Shown in pieces: positions 53,536 through 64,000 of a stretch of DNA of 64,000 bases. This DNA comes from Paraspadella gotoi (Eukaryota > Animalia > Chaetognatha), in contig CM119263.1 in assembly GCA_051294375.1 (NCBI GenBank), positions 31,479,476 to 31,543,475 on the forward strand. The letters are read 5' to 3'. Positions within the stretch are counted from its first letter, which is position 1, and each line of letters opens with the position of its first letter. The notes beneath the pieces were generated by a model. That model saw nothing but the letters and a program-made list of their open reading frames with translations, did no database searches and was not told the DNA's origin. Both the position numbers and the translations under genes were made by a program.

Positions 53536-55710
53536 TCAGGTGGTAATTTTGAGGCCACCCACTCCCGTGTAGACCAAATTGGCGATGATTCCGCCAGAGA
53601 GAAGGGAAGCGCACATCTGATAAAAAAGAAAATAAAGATTAATAATTGTTAGAATTTTTAAAATTAAGCCTAATATATTTTTAATATATTCCTAGCACAA
53701 TAACAATCAAATCTATACTCGATTACATTCTACAACATAATCCTAAAAAATACAATAATTTAGGTACTGTTGCGTCCGCAGTAAAACAACAAAATAAGGT
53801 CTCCCTGTACGTACGTATTTATATACATTGTACTATAATAGATTTGATGAATGCGTCAGAGTCTCACCAGTGACAACGTTTTATATTGTCTATCGCCATA
53901 GACAAGGACGAGGATGACTCCGATAATGACCATGATCACCGCAATAATGAGGAAGATGATCGCCTGATAAATTCATTTTAATTCTATTTTATATTTTAAT
54001 ATGAATTGGAGAATCAGATGCCAGGTCCTCTGAGAGTGAATAAACGAGACAGTGAGAATTAATAAACGAGACAAAGTCAGGGGCATGAGAGCGTATTTAT
54101 TGGATGAATGGATACTTTTTATATTGGTTGTTTCAATTTCATATATTTTAAAGGGGTCGCTCTGAGACTTATTTTCCCAGAACGCCCCATCTTATCCTAA
54201 ATTCGGAATCAGATTAAATTTTTTTAGTTTAGGATAAGGTTAGAGATTAGAGTTATGGATTAAGTTGTGGATTAGATTAGTGATTAAGGTTAAAGGGATA
54301 TTAAGGTTTCGGGATTTGGGTTAGGGTTAAAGGTTAGGGTTAGAAATTTGGGATATAGGTTTCAGGTTGGGGTTCAGGATTAGGTTAGGGTTAAGAATTT
54401 GGGTTAGCGATTTGGGTTAGGGATTAATTTTCAAATTTAAGAATATATTCAGAGAAAATATTAGGGTTAAATAATTAAATTCTGGAATAACCAAACAGAA
54501 TTCGAGTACACTTGGAAAAGAGAGCCAATAAATGGGGAAAAGAGAGCCCTTCGTACTCATCATAATTTCTTAAAACTAACTCGTACTTACCACAATCCTT
54601 TTGGTAAGTTTTCCGCAAAGAGTCAAAAAGAAGATGACTGCTACAATGACCAAAGCCGCCGCCAACGCGCAAGTGTAGTAGATGGACCACTCACCGCGAT
54701 GCTTCAAGTCAGACCGACCGACCTCTAATTCCCAGAAGACGATCGCCGCTATCGCCGCAGCCTACGACGAAGTGTGAGATTGTGGTACTATGGAATGATA
54801 ACTATGCGGAGTGGGAAAAAATTATGGAGAGCGGACTGTTGAATGATACTTATGGATCCTGTGCTGTGAAACCGGATCAATGTATCAAATACAAATTATA
54901 AAAAAAGGTTAAAAATATATGTCGAAATATCTGGGAAAAATCCTTTTATTGCTTCTAACAATAAAAGGATTTCTAATTATTTTTAATTATAAATTTTTTT
55001 TCTCAAATCATTATCTACCCTGTGCTTGTGATGAAGATTAAAGAATTATGATAATAACTTATAGATAAGTCATCTGAGAATTAATGAATTACAGTTAAGT
55101 GTAAGGGGAACGGTGGGATTGTCAGAATATAAAAGACCAAATAGCTTCTTTATACCAATTTGTACCAATTTTCATACACGCGGAGAGAAAAAAATGCCAT
55201 TAAAATTCCAAAAATCTTAAAATTAGTAGATGAACAACTAAAACTTGTCACAGAAATATTTTCATCAAACGTAAATTGTGAAAAATTCCTGATAAAAATG
55301 TTTTGTTCGCAAATTTAGGAAAAAAAATTGGAAAAAAAAGAAAAAGACAAACTTTTTTGGAAAAGATTTTGAGTAAACTTTTTGTAGAACGAAATTTCTA
55401 GGGAAAAAAATCTTAAAGAAAACAAATTTTAAGATAAAATGAAACTTCAAGCTGTTGCAAAATATATAGGCTATTCGTAAATTAATTTTATCAATATCAG
55501 GAATACGACTTAAGCAAAAATTTCATTTCATTTTAAATTTGACTTAAGCAAAAATTTCATTTCATTATAAATTTGTAGTGCCGAGTATGCGTTAAAGATA
55601 TTTTTCTCATATTTTGCTCACATCTACATATCACAAGATCTACTCACCAAATTAATTAACATAACGAGTCCATTTGTGGTTTTTAACCAACCCACGTCTG
55701 CCGTCGGCAT
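53536..55710 (-). CDS. Small four-transmembrane MARVEL-domain-like protein (MAL/plasmolipin/CMTM-like), 136 aa, 4 coding exons
   Basis: Exons (minus) 55710-55648, 54761-54591, 53963-53868, 53616-53536. All are phase 0 with GT-AG sites (gtgagt, gtaagt, gtgaga). Spliced protein: MPTADVGWLKTTNGLVMLINLAAAIAAIVFWELEVGRSDLKHRGEWSIYYTCALAAALVIVAVIFFLTLCGKLTKRIVAIIFLIIAVIMVIIGVILVLVYGDRQYKTLSLMCASLLSGGIIANLVYTGVGGLKITT*. Four hydrophobic segments; the WLKTxxG start resembles the MARVEL N-terminal motif. Confidence 0.8.
54165..54549. mobile_element. MITE-like telomere-repeat element copy in an intron of the MARVEL-like gene
   Basis: CTTATTTTCCCAGAACGCCCCAT start, GGGTTA-rich interior, GGAAAAGAGAGCC end. 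Confidence 0.6.
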
Positions 55711-55902
55711 TTTTATTTCTCTTTTTTAAAAATATCTTAATTATACGAGAAATATAATCGTGATTATATATATATAATTCCAAAATGAGGCAATTTGTAA
55801 ATCATAAAAAACAATTTAGGGCAATCGAACCTTGGAGAAAAAATTTTACAAAAAAATTTCGAAAGAAAAGTCGCTTTCTTTTTTTTGGAGAAGATGCGAA
55901 TG

Positions 55903-55966
<64 letters not shown>

Positions 55967-56319
55967 GGCCCCTAAAGAACGAGTGGGATAAGACGAAAGG
56001 GGAGATGAGAACAAAAAGGAGAGAAAAAAAGATAATTTAAAAAAGAAAAAAAATATATATATAATTGTGTAAAAGGAAAAAAACGAAACCTACATAAAAG
56101 TTAAAGAAAAAGATAATAATATTTAAATATGATAATAATAATAAAGGAAATAAAATTAAAAGAAGGAAAATGAAAAAAAAGAAAAGTTAAAAGCAGAAAA
56201 AAGGAAGAGAAAGAGAAACGAGGTAAGTTAAAGGTAAGTGACGTAAGTCAGGAATTTGAAAATCAAACTTTTTTCACCTGCGACTTCACTTGAAATCACG
56301 ACAGCTGCTGCAAAGGTGA

Positions 56320-56500
56320 GACGCTTTTATTTCTTCAGCATCAGCCAATCACTGCCTCTGTCAGTCACTGACTCGGCCAATCACTGTCTCTGTCAGTCAC
56401 TTTGCCAATCACTGCCCCTACAGACAGTTGCTTCTACCATTCTCTTTTCAGCCTCAGTCAATCACTTTTCCTGAACCAATCACTCCTTTTCAACCAATCG
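56320..56500 (-). promoter_or_regulatory. Putative promoter of the MARVEL-like gene: five CCAAT (NF-Y) boxes and a TATA-like element
   Basis: CCAAT at 56345, 56377, 56405, 56476 and 56494, mostly in a (R)CCAATCA context. Minus-strand AAATAAAA near 56326-56333, followed by a candidate non-coding exon ending CAG|gtgaaa at about 56277. Confidence 0.55.
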
Positions 56501-57621
56501 ATACATTTACAATGAGAGCCACCAACACTGATAACAAAAAAAGTTGTAGCACTGTACAATTTGTATGATATTTGTGAACAAGCTTTTAAATGGTGTAATA
56601 AGACTGTTAGTTTTATTAGCATCATTTTTTTAAACGTTTTAAAAATTCCACACGTCAAAAAGTACGTTGAAGTAACTTGCCAGTTTTTAGTTGCGCCGCA
56701 AGTACTCGATGAACAACTCTATAAGTCACTTTTCGGTCGGTCTGTCGGTCGGTCTGTCCGTCCATCTTTCACTCTTACGTTCAAAATACTCATACTCATA
56801 CTCATTACGTCCCTTACGTTAATTTATATCATTTTTAAGTCCAATGTTATTTGGGTCTTCAGGAAATCCCAAAACTATAAAGAATAAAAGACGAAATTCC
56901 GATGCAGTGCGTGTTATAAATGCATGGGCTAACAAAGTCACTGCGGCGCAACACATTGGAGGAACCGAATTTATTTTCTAACAAAAAATCTGAAGAAAAA
57001 AAAATACCATTAACAAAATGCGCACCAATGTTATGTCGTTGTTCCATCTAACTCCAAAAGTCTCAAAACCAAAGCCTATTTAAGTTTTATCGAGAAGGGT
57101 GTCTCTCCTGGTAAATCTGCCTTCTATTCTGAAAGGTCCCTATTTCTGCTTTTAATATTTTAATCCAAATTTCAACCATCAACTTTTTTCGATCTCGAAC
57201 AATCTAAAAATGTTTTTGTTTATGTGAAGGAAATCAATTTCCTAGTTTCTTGATTTGACTGATGTGAGATTGTGAGTTGGGAAAACGAAATGTGAAATCT
57301 AGAAAATCTGAGGGGTCGGGAAAAAAGGATGAGGCTAAAAAATTCCTGAGAAAAAAAATTGATTAGCTAATTATCAGGTTTTGAAAATTCAGTGATAAAA
57401 ATTAAATTCAGCATTTTAGAAAGTAAAAAGTAGGTGTATGAATGAATTTGGAAAATTGCAAAACAAATTTTTGTAGGTCCGAAAAAAAATTAATGATTCA
57501 TAAAAAAGTTAAGTACTTATATAACTTAAAGTCAAAAATGTACCACAACAAATTATGAATAAAGAAATCCATGAAAGGAAAAGAGAAAACGTAGAGAAAT
57601 AAAGGGAAAAAAAAGAATAAA

Positions 57622-58778
57622 AACAAGTTTGAGCAAACAATGTCGGATCTGCCTACGATAGTATTGCGGTAATCAGCTAATCCATTGATAAATCACAGTA
57701 ATATTTTCTGACTTTCAATTAGTGATCTTAACAGATCATAACAAATCATAACATAACAAATCATAACAGACTTCTTAATAAATCTATAAAAAAAATTATA
57801 AATCAATTGATCTATCAATCATTACCAATAGCTGCGCCAATACCAATTTGCATAATTTAGTCAACTTGCATAATTTGGCAATTTTGCACAATTTGGTCAA
57901 CTTGCATAATTTTGGTCAACTACTGGCATAATTTTGTCAACTGTCATAATTTGGACAACTGGTATAATTTGGTCAATTGGCATAATTTGATCAACTGGCA
58001 TAAATTGGTCAACTGACATAATTTGGTCAACTAGTATAATTCGGTCAACTGGCAAAATTTGGTCAACTGGCATAATTTGCTCAACTGGCATAATTTGGTC
58101 AACTGGCATAATTTGGTAAACTGGCATAATTTTATCAACTGGCATAATTTGGTCAACTTGCAGAATTTTGTCACTTAAATAATTTGGTCAACCGGCATAA
58201 TTTGGTCAATCAATCAATCAATCAATTAATCAATCAATCAATCAGAGAGAGATAGAGAGGAAACTTTTAAAAATTCAAATAAATGTGTCCTTTGGTTTTC
58301 TAATTTAAACTCTTTTCCATTCCTACAATTCCATCAAAAATTTATATCCAGCTTAATCACATACTTTCCTACCCACACACAAAATTTATTTTCACTTTAT
58401 CGATCCGATTTTTAATCAATATAATAATTATGAGTAAATATAAGTAAAAATACTTTAAGTAAATATGACTTTTGTTTTTTCCATTTAAATTCATTTCCCA
58501 TTGAAATGTTATATCCAGCTCAATCACACACTTTCCTACCCACAAACAAAATTTCATTTCATTCCATCCATCCGATCACGAGTAATTTGAGTTTAATGAA
58601 AAGGTGGGACGGACAGACAGACAGACGTACGGACGGACGGACATAATTTTTTTGCATAATTTATCATAATTTGATATTCGGAAATAAATTAAGTAAATGC
58701 CCGACAAGATTGAGGGGGTCAGACCGACGGACCGACAAAGTGAATTAGAGAGTCAGGATCTGATAATCAGATTCGTCT
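57622..58778 (-). mobile_element. HINE/DINE-1-like element, copy 5, with expanded 18-bp satellite
   Basis: AACAAGTTTGAGCAAACAATGTCGGATCTGC at 57622; (CTGGCATAATTTGGTCAA)n at about 57840-58210; colinear with copy 4. Confidence 0.78.
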
Positions 58779-58895
58779 CGAAAGAAAAAATGTTAAAAGG
58801 AACATAAAACGGAAAAAATCCTTTTCCGACTTTTTGAGAAAAAAGGCGACGAAGACGACGACGTGGGACTCTTACTCTATCGGATGTCGATAAAA

Positions 58896-58948
<53 letters not shown>

Positions 58949-59194
58949 CCTCCCCCCGGGCACTTAAGAGTTTGACCCTGAATCTATTTTTGGGTTTTTC
59001 TTCCTTCAATTCGATTTAGAATTTTTGGAAAAGGAAAACAACATTTTTATTCTTAAAAACAATAACAAAAACAGTAAAAATCTATAAACTATTCCAAAAG
59101 CTTATATTAAGAATTGCAAAAAACGAACTAAAATGTTAAGTTTGAAAATCATAAAATAAAATAACTCCTCTAACAATCATTCTATTTGTCGAAA

Positions 59195-59345
59195 ATTCAT
59201 CCAATGCAATGGGATTGAAGAAGATAGATTTCTCTCGACCAATGAGAAAGTAGGATTCACCTCGACCAATGAGAACCCAGAAATTTCTGCTTCTCGAATA
59301 GAATTGCAGATTTGCGCAGGTTTTGTTTACAAAGGGCGGGAACAT
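59195..59345. promoter_or_regulatory. Promoter-like island (duplicated CCAATGAG boxes plus GC box)
   Basis: TCGACCAATGAGAA occurs twice about 30 bp apart, with GGGCGGG at about 59334. No downstream gene identified. Confidence 0.3.
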
Positions 59346-59495
59346 TTTTTTCGCTTAATGATTCTTGTTGCTTCTTAATTGTAGCATCAAGGAAAGTTAT
59401 ATTGTGTCCGTTTTTAGTAAACATTACAATTGGGAAATCTTATATGTTTAGGTATAGAAATCAAAATGTTTCTTTCGGCAAAAAAACTTTGTTTA

Positions 59496-61097
59496 CGAAT
59501 GGACGACCATTTTTCGGTACAGTAAACATTGCAAGGTCTGAAATTCAGTACCGTAAACATCGAAATCGAGAAGAGAATTCGTTAAGAAAGCATCACAGTA
59601 AGAAAATGTTAAGGCGAAAAAATAATTAAGGGCAAACTTGGAAAGAGTTGATGGGAAAGGATAAAGGAAGAAAAAAGAAGGAAAGAAAGAAAAGATAGCA
59701 AGAATGAAAGAGATAGAAAGATATAAAATAGACAAAAAATAAGACGGAAAAATAAAAAGGTTGAAAGATAGAAAAGAAAGGGAAAAAAAGTAGAAAAGCT
59801 TAAAAAATAGGAAAGATAGAAAAAATAGAAAAATAGGAAAAATAGGAAAGATAGAAAAATAGAAAAGATATAAAGATATAAAGATAGAATCAGTTTATCT
59901 AAAAAAGTTTCACTCGATCTCGATTCTGTCTATCGATCGACTCTTCCTCCTCCTTATCCTCTTCCTCTTCCCCTTCACTTTCTTATTCTTCTTCTTCTTC
60001 CTCCTCCCCTTCTCTTTGCTCATCCTCTTTCTCTTCTCGCCACAAGTTTTCGAGCCTCCATTCAAATGTTTACCGAAGGAAAAGAATCGATTTTTTTAGG
60101 GAAGATTTGGTGTAGAAGAACAGGGAAAGGAGGGAAAGGGAGAAGGGGAGGGAGAAAGAGAGAGGAAGAAAGGGGAGGGAGATGGGGAGAGGGAGAAGGG
60201 GGAGGGGACGGAGAGGGAGAAGGGTGAGGGAGAAAAGGGGGAAATGGACCTTTGAATAATAAACTGTTTATGAGTTATGAAAAGGTCAGCCAGATGAGAG
60301 ATAAATTCTCAATCATTAATGTCATTATTATTCTATCTAAATATCACAAAATCATTACTAACTACTAAACAATGTGAAAACCCGCAAAAAGAGGTAATAT
60401 TGTAACAGAACACAAAGTAATGAAACGTGAAATAATTTACTACTATATGCAAATGAGGTTGACGAGTTCAATCTCATTTATCAATATTCGAAGAATCTAT
60501 CTCTTAGAGAGGAGAAGCGGAGGGAGAAGGGAAGGAAGAGAGAGAAAAAGAGGAAGAGGAGAGAGAAGAAAGAAAGAAAAAGGAGAAGGAGTCGGGGAAG
60601 GAGAAGGGGAGGGAGAGAAAGAAGAGAGTAAAGAGAAGGAACGGGAAAGGAGAAGGGGGGGAGAGGAAGAAAGAGAGAGTAAAGAAGAAGGAGACGGGGA
60701 TGGTCAAGAAGTGGAAGAGGGAAAAGATAAAGAGAGTAAAAACAGAGTAAGAATTATTAAGATCCAGAGAGGATGAATGAAAAGACTAGTAAAAGAGAAA
60801 GAAAGAGAAAGAAAAATAGATAGAAAAAAAGAGGAGTTAAATATCTCAGCTCCATGTTTAAAACTCCATGGATCTCATTTCCACCTTGGATTCAATTTCA
60901 AGCGTCGATTCTTTTAAACTTATATCTACCATAAAAAAGATAATACTATTATTGATAGATCTATCAATGTTAAAGATTTGAATTTATTATATTTTTTTAA
61001 CCATAACTCGCTTGAAAAAACTGCGATAGATTCACAAGATTGTTTTTTCTGTCGCTGAATCTCTATCTCTCTCTTACTTTCTTTCCCCTAACACTCC

Positions 61098-61146
<49 letters not shown>

Positions 61147-63240
61147 CCCTCCACCCCGTTTTTTGTTTTCATTTCTAGAACAACCTTGTAGAACATGCCC
61201 ACATTGTTTTTAAATCAAGTTCTACCTTTTTAATATATTGTTTTAACTTTTAAATACAACGCGGTTTTGAGGTAGTAACAATGTTTTTTTTTGGATTGTG
61301 CTCGTTTAAAAAATGATCCTCAACAGTGTTGTTGTTGAGTGTAGTGATCTGAGTAATGTTGTTTTATAACTATTTTAAAATGCCAGATGATTTCTTTTTA
61401 TTCTTTCTCAACATTCATCGAATTTTTTTTCGTGAAAAAAAAAGAAAATATTACGAACGTGAAACGCGTACGATTAAAAAAAATATTAACAAAATTAAAA
61501 ATGAATTAAAAAAACAAGTTTCACGGAAATTTGAATTTGAAAAAATCCCTTCGGCCACAAAAACGAATTCGATTCTGGAAAGAAATTAAAAAAAAATACT
61601 AGTTTACTCTTTGCAATTAACTTAATAAAGTGAATGGAAATATTTGGCAGAATCTTTTAAGATTAGCTTTACCCTCGCTGTTTTAAAAGTTGAATGGAGA
61701 AAAACGGGACAGGAAAAAATGTATAATTAAGAAAAAAATTATACAGAAGAAAAGGAAAGAAGATATAAAGAAAGGAAAATAGAAATGAAACAAGAAAAGG
61801 AGAGATAAGATGAGTTTGGGATATAGAAATTAAAAGAAAAAAGAGAAAAGAAAGGAAAATAGAAATGATACAAGAAAAGGAGAGATAAGATGAGTTAGGG
61901 AAAGAGAAATTAAAAGAAAATAGAGAAAAGAAAGGAAAATAGAAATGATACAAGAAAAGGTGAGATAAGATGATTTAGGGATAGAGAAGTGTTTGTGCTT
62001 CGAGCTTAATATTTCTAATTTTCGTTGGAAGAGAGAGATCGAATGGACGACCATTTTTCGGTACAGTAAACATTGCCAAGGTCTGAAATTCAGTACCGTA
62101 AACATCGAATCGAGAAGAGAATTCGTTAAGAAAGCATCACAGTAAGAAAATGTTAAGGGCGAAAAAATAATTAAGGGCAAACTTGGAAAGAGTTGATGGA
62201 AAGGATAAAGGAAGAAAAAAGAAGGAAAGAAAGGAAAAGATAGCAAGAATGAAAGAATAGAAAGATATTAAAATAGACAAAAAATAAGACGGAAAAATAA
62301 AAGGTTGAAAGATAGAAAAGAGGAAAAAAAGTAGAAAAGCTTAAAAAAATAGGAAGATAGAAAAAATAGAAAAATAGGAAAAATAGGAAAGATAGAAAAA
62401 TAGAAAAGATATAAAGAATATAAAGATAGAATCAGTTTATCTAAAAAAGTTTCACTCGATCTCGATTCTGTCTATCGATCGACTCTTCCTCGCTCCTTAT
62501 CTCTTCCTTTCCCCTTCACTTTCTATTCTTCTTCTTCTTCCTCCTCCCCTTCTCTTTGCTCATCTCTTTCTCTTCTCGCCACAGTCGTTTCGGGCCTCCA
62601 TTCAAATGTTTACCGAAGGAAAAGAATCGATTTTTTTAGGGGAAGATTTGGTGTAGAAGAACAGGGAAAGGAGGGAAAGGGAGAAGGGGAAGGGAAGAAA
62701 GAGAGAGGAGAAAGGGGAGGGAGATGGGGGAGAGGGGAGAAGGGGGAGGGGACGGAGAGGGAGAAGGGTGAGGAGAAAAGGGGGAAATGGACCCTTTGAA
62801 TAATAAACTGTTTATGAGTTATGAAAAGGTCAGCCAGATGAGAGATAAATTCTCAATCATTATGTCATTATTATTCTATCTAAATATCACAAATCATTAC
62901 TACTACTAAACAATGTGAAAACCCGCAAAAAGAGAGTAATATTGTAACAGAACTCAAAGTAATGAAACGTGAAATAATTTTACTACTATATGCAAATGAG
63001 GTTGACGAGTTCAATCTCATTATCAATATTCGAAGAATCTATCTCTTAGAGAGGAGAAGCGGAGGGAGAAGGGAGGAAGAGAGAGAAAAAGAGGAAGAGG
63101 AAGAAAGAAGAAAAAAAGGAAGAGGAGTCGGGGAAGGAGAAGGGAGGGAGAGGAAGAAAGAGAGAGAGAAGAAGAAGGAGACGGGAAAGGAGAAGGGGAG
63201 GAGAGAAGAAAGAGAGAGTAAAGAAGAAGGAGACGGGAAG
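59496..63240 (+). repeat. About 1.2-kb direct duplication (59496-60700 and 62040-63240)
   Basis: Colinear copies starting CGAATGGACGACCATTTTTCGG; differences are mostly 1-bp indels. Confidence 0.9.
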
Positions 63241-64000
63241 GGAGAAGGGGAGGGAGAGGAAGAAGCAGAGAGTAAGGAGAAGGAGACGGGAAAGGGAGAA
63301 GGGGAGGGAGAGGAAGGAAGAGAGAGTAAAGAAGAGGAGACGGGGAAGGGAGAAGGGGAGGGAGAGGAAGAAAGAGAGAGTAAGGAAGAAGGAGACGGGA
63401 AAGGGAGAAGGGGAGGAGGGAGAGAAAGAAGAGAGAGTAAAGAAGAAGGAGACGGGAAAGGGAGAAGGGGAGGAAGAGGAAGAAAAGAGAGTAAAGAAGA
63501 AGGAGACGGGGAAGGGAGAAGGGGAGGAGAGGAAGAAAGAGAGAGTAAGGAAGAAGGAGACGGGAAGGGAGAAGGGGAGGGAGAGGAAGGAAGAGGGTAA
63601 AGAAGAAGGAACGGGGAAGGAGAAGGTGAGGGAGAGGAAAAAGAAGTAAGGAAAAGGAGACGGGAAAGGGAGAAGGGGAGGGAAGAGGAAGAAAGAGAGA
63701 GTAAAGAAGAAGGAGTCGGGAAAGGGAGAAGGGGAGGAGAGGAAGAAAGAGAGAGTAAGAAGAAGGAGACGGGAAAGGGAGAAGGGGAGGGAGAGAAAGA
63801 AAGAGAGAGTAAAGAAGAAGGATCGGAAAGGGAGAAGGGGAGGAAGAGGAAGAAAGAGAGAGTAAGAGAGGAGCCGGGAAAGGAAGAAGGGGAGGAAGAG
63901 GAAGAAAGAGAAGTAAAGAAGAAAGGAGACGGGGAAGGGAGAAGGGAGGGGAGAGAAGAAAGAGGAGAGTAAGAGAAGGAACGGGAAGGAGAAGGGGAGG
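63180..64000 (+). repeat. Purine-rich minisatellite of about 48 bp (GGAGACGGGAAAGGGAGAAGGGGAGGGAGAGGAAGAAAGAGAGAGTAAAGAAGAA)
   Basis: Directly visible; runs off the window end. Confidence 0.85.

Noticed and set aside
59451-59601. Candidate + strand exon (YRNQNVSFGKK...RKHH) downstream of the CCAAT/GC island
   Set aside because: No start exon, no compatible downstream exon and no homology recognised.
62962-63600. 212-aa E/G/K-rich ORF
   Set aside because: Purine minisatellite within a region of suspected low-accuracy duplicated sequence.

Overview
AT-rich, microsatellite-dense animal genomic DNA with six N gaps. The repeat style and TTAGGG-like motifs suggest an annelid or leech, but that is only inference. 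Most of the six-frame ORF track is microsatellite noise. Two spliced protein-coding genes can be rebuilt by hand. (1) A ~25 kb, at least 24-exon canonical TRP channel gene (TRPC, most like the C. elegans TRP-1 clade) on + from about 24224 to 49120. (2) A 136-aa four-transmembrane MARVEL-like gene on - (55710-53536) that is absent from the ORF track, with a CCAAT cluster upstream. The two genes are tail-to-tail. Interspersed repeats include a Helentron-type non-autonomous family (HINE/DINE-1 architecture), a TIR-bounded family filled with degenerate telomere-like repeats, and a tRNA-Gly-like structured repeat. The most unusual pattern is that tandem arrays repeatedly start exactly at TRPC exon-intron junctions and multiply the splice sites.
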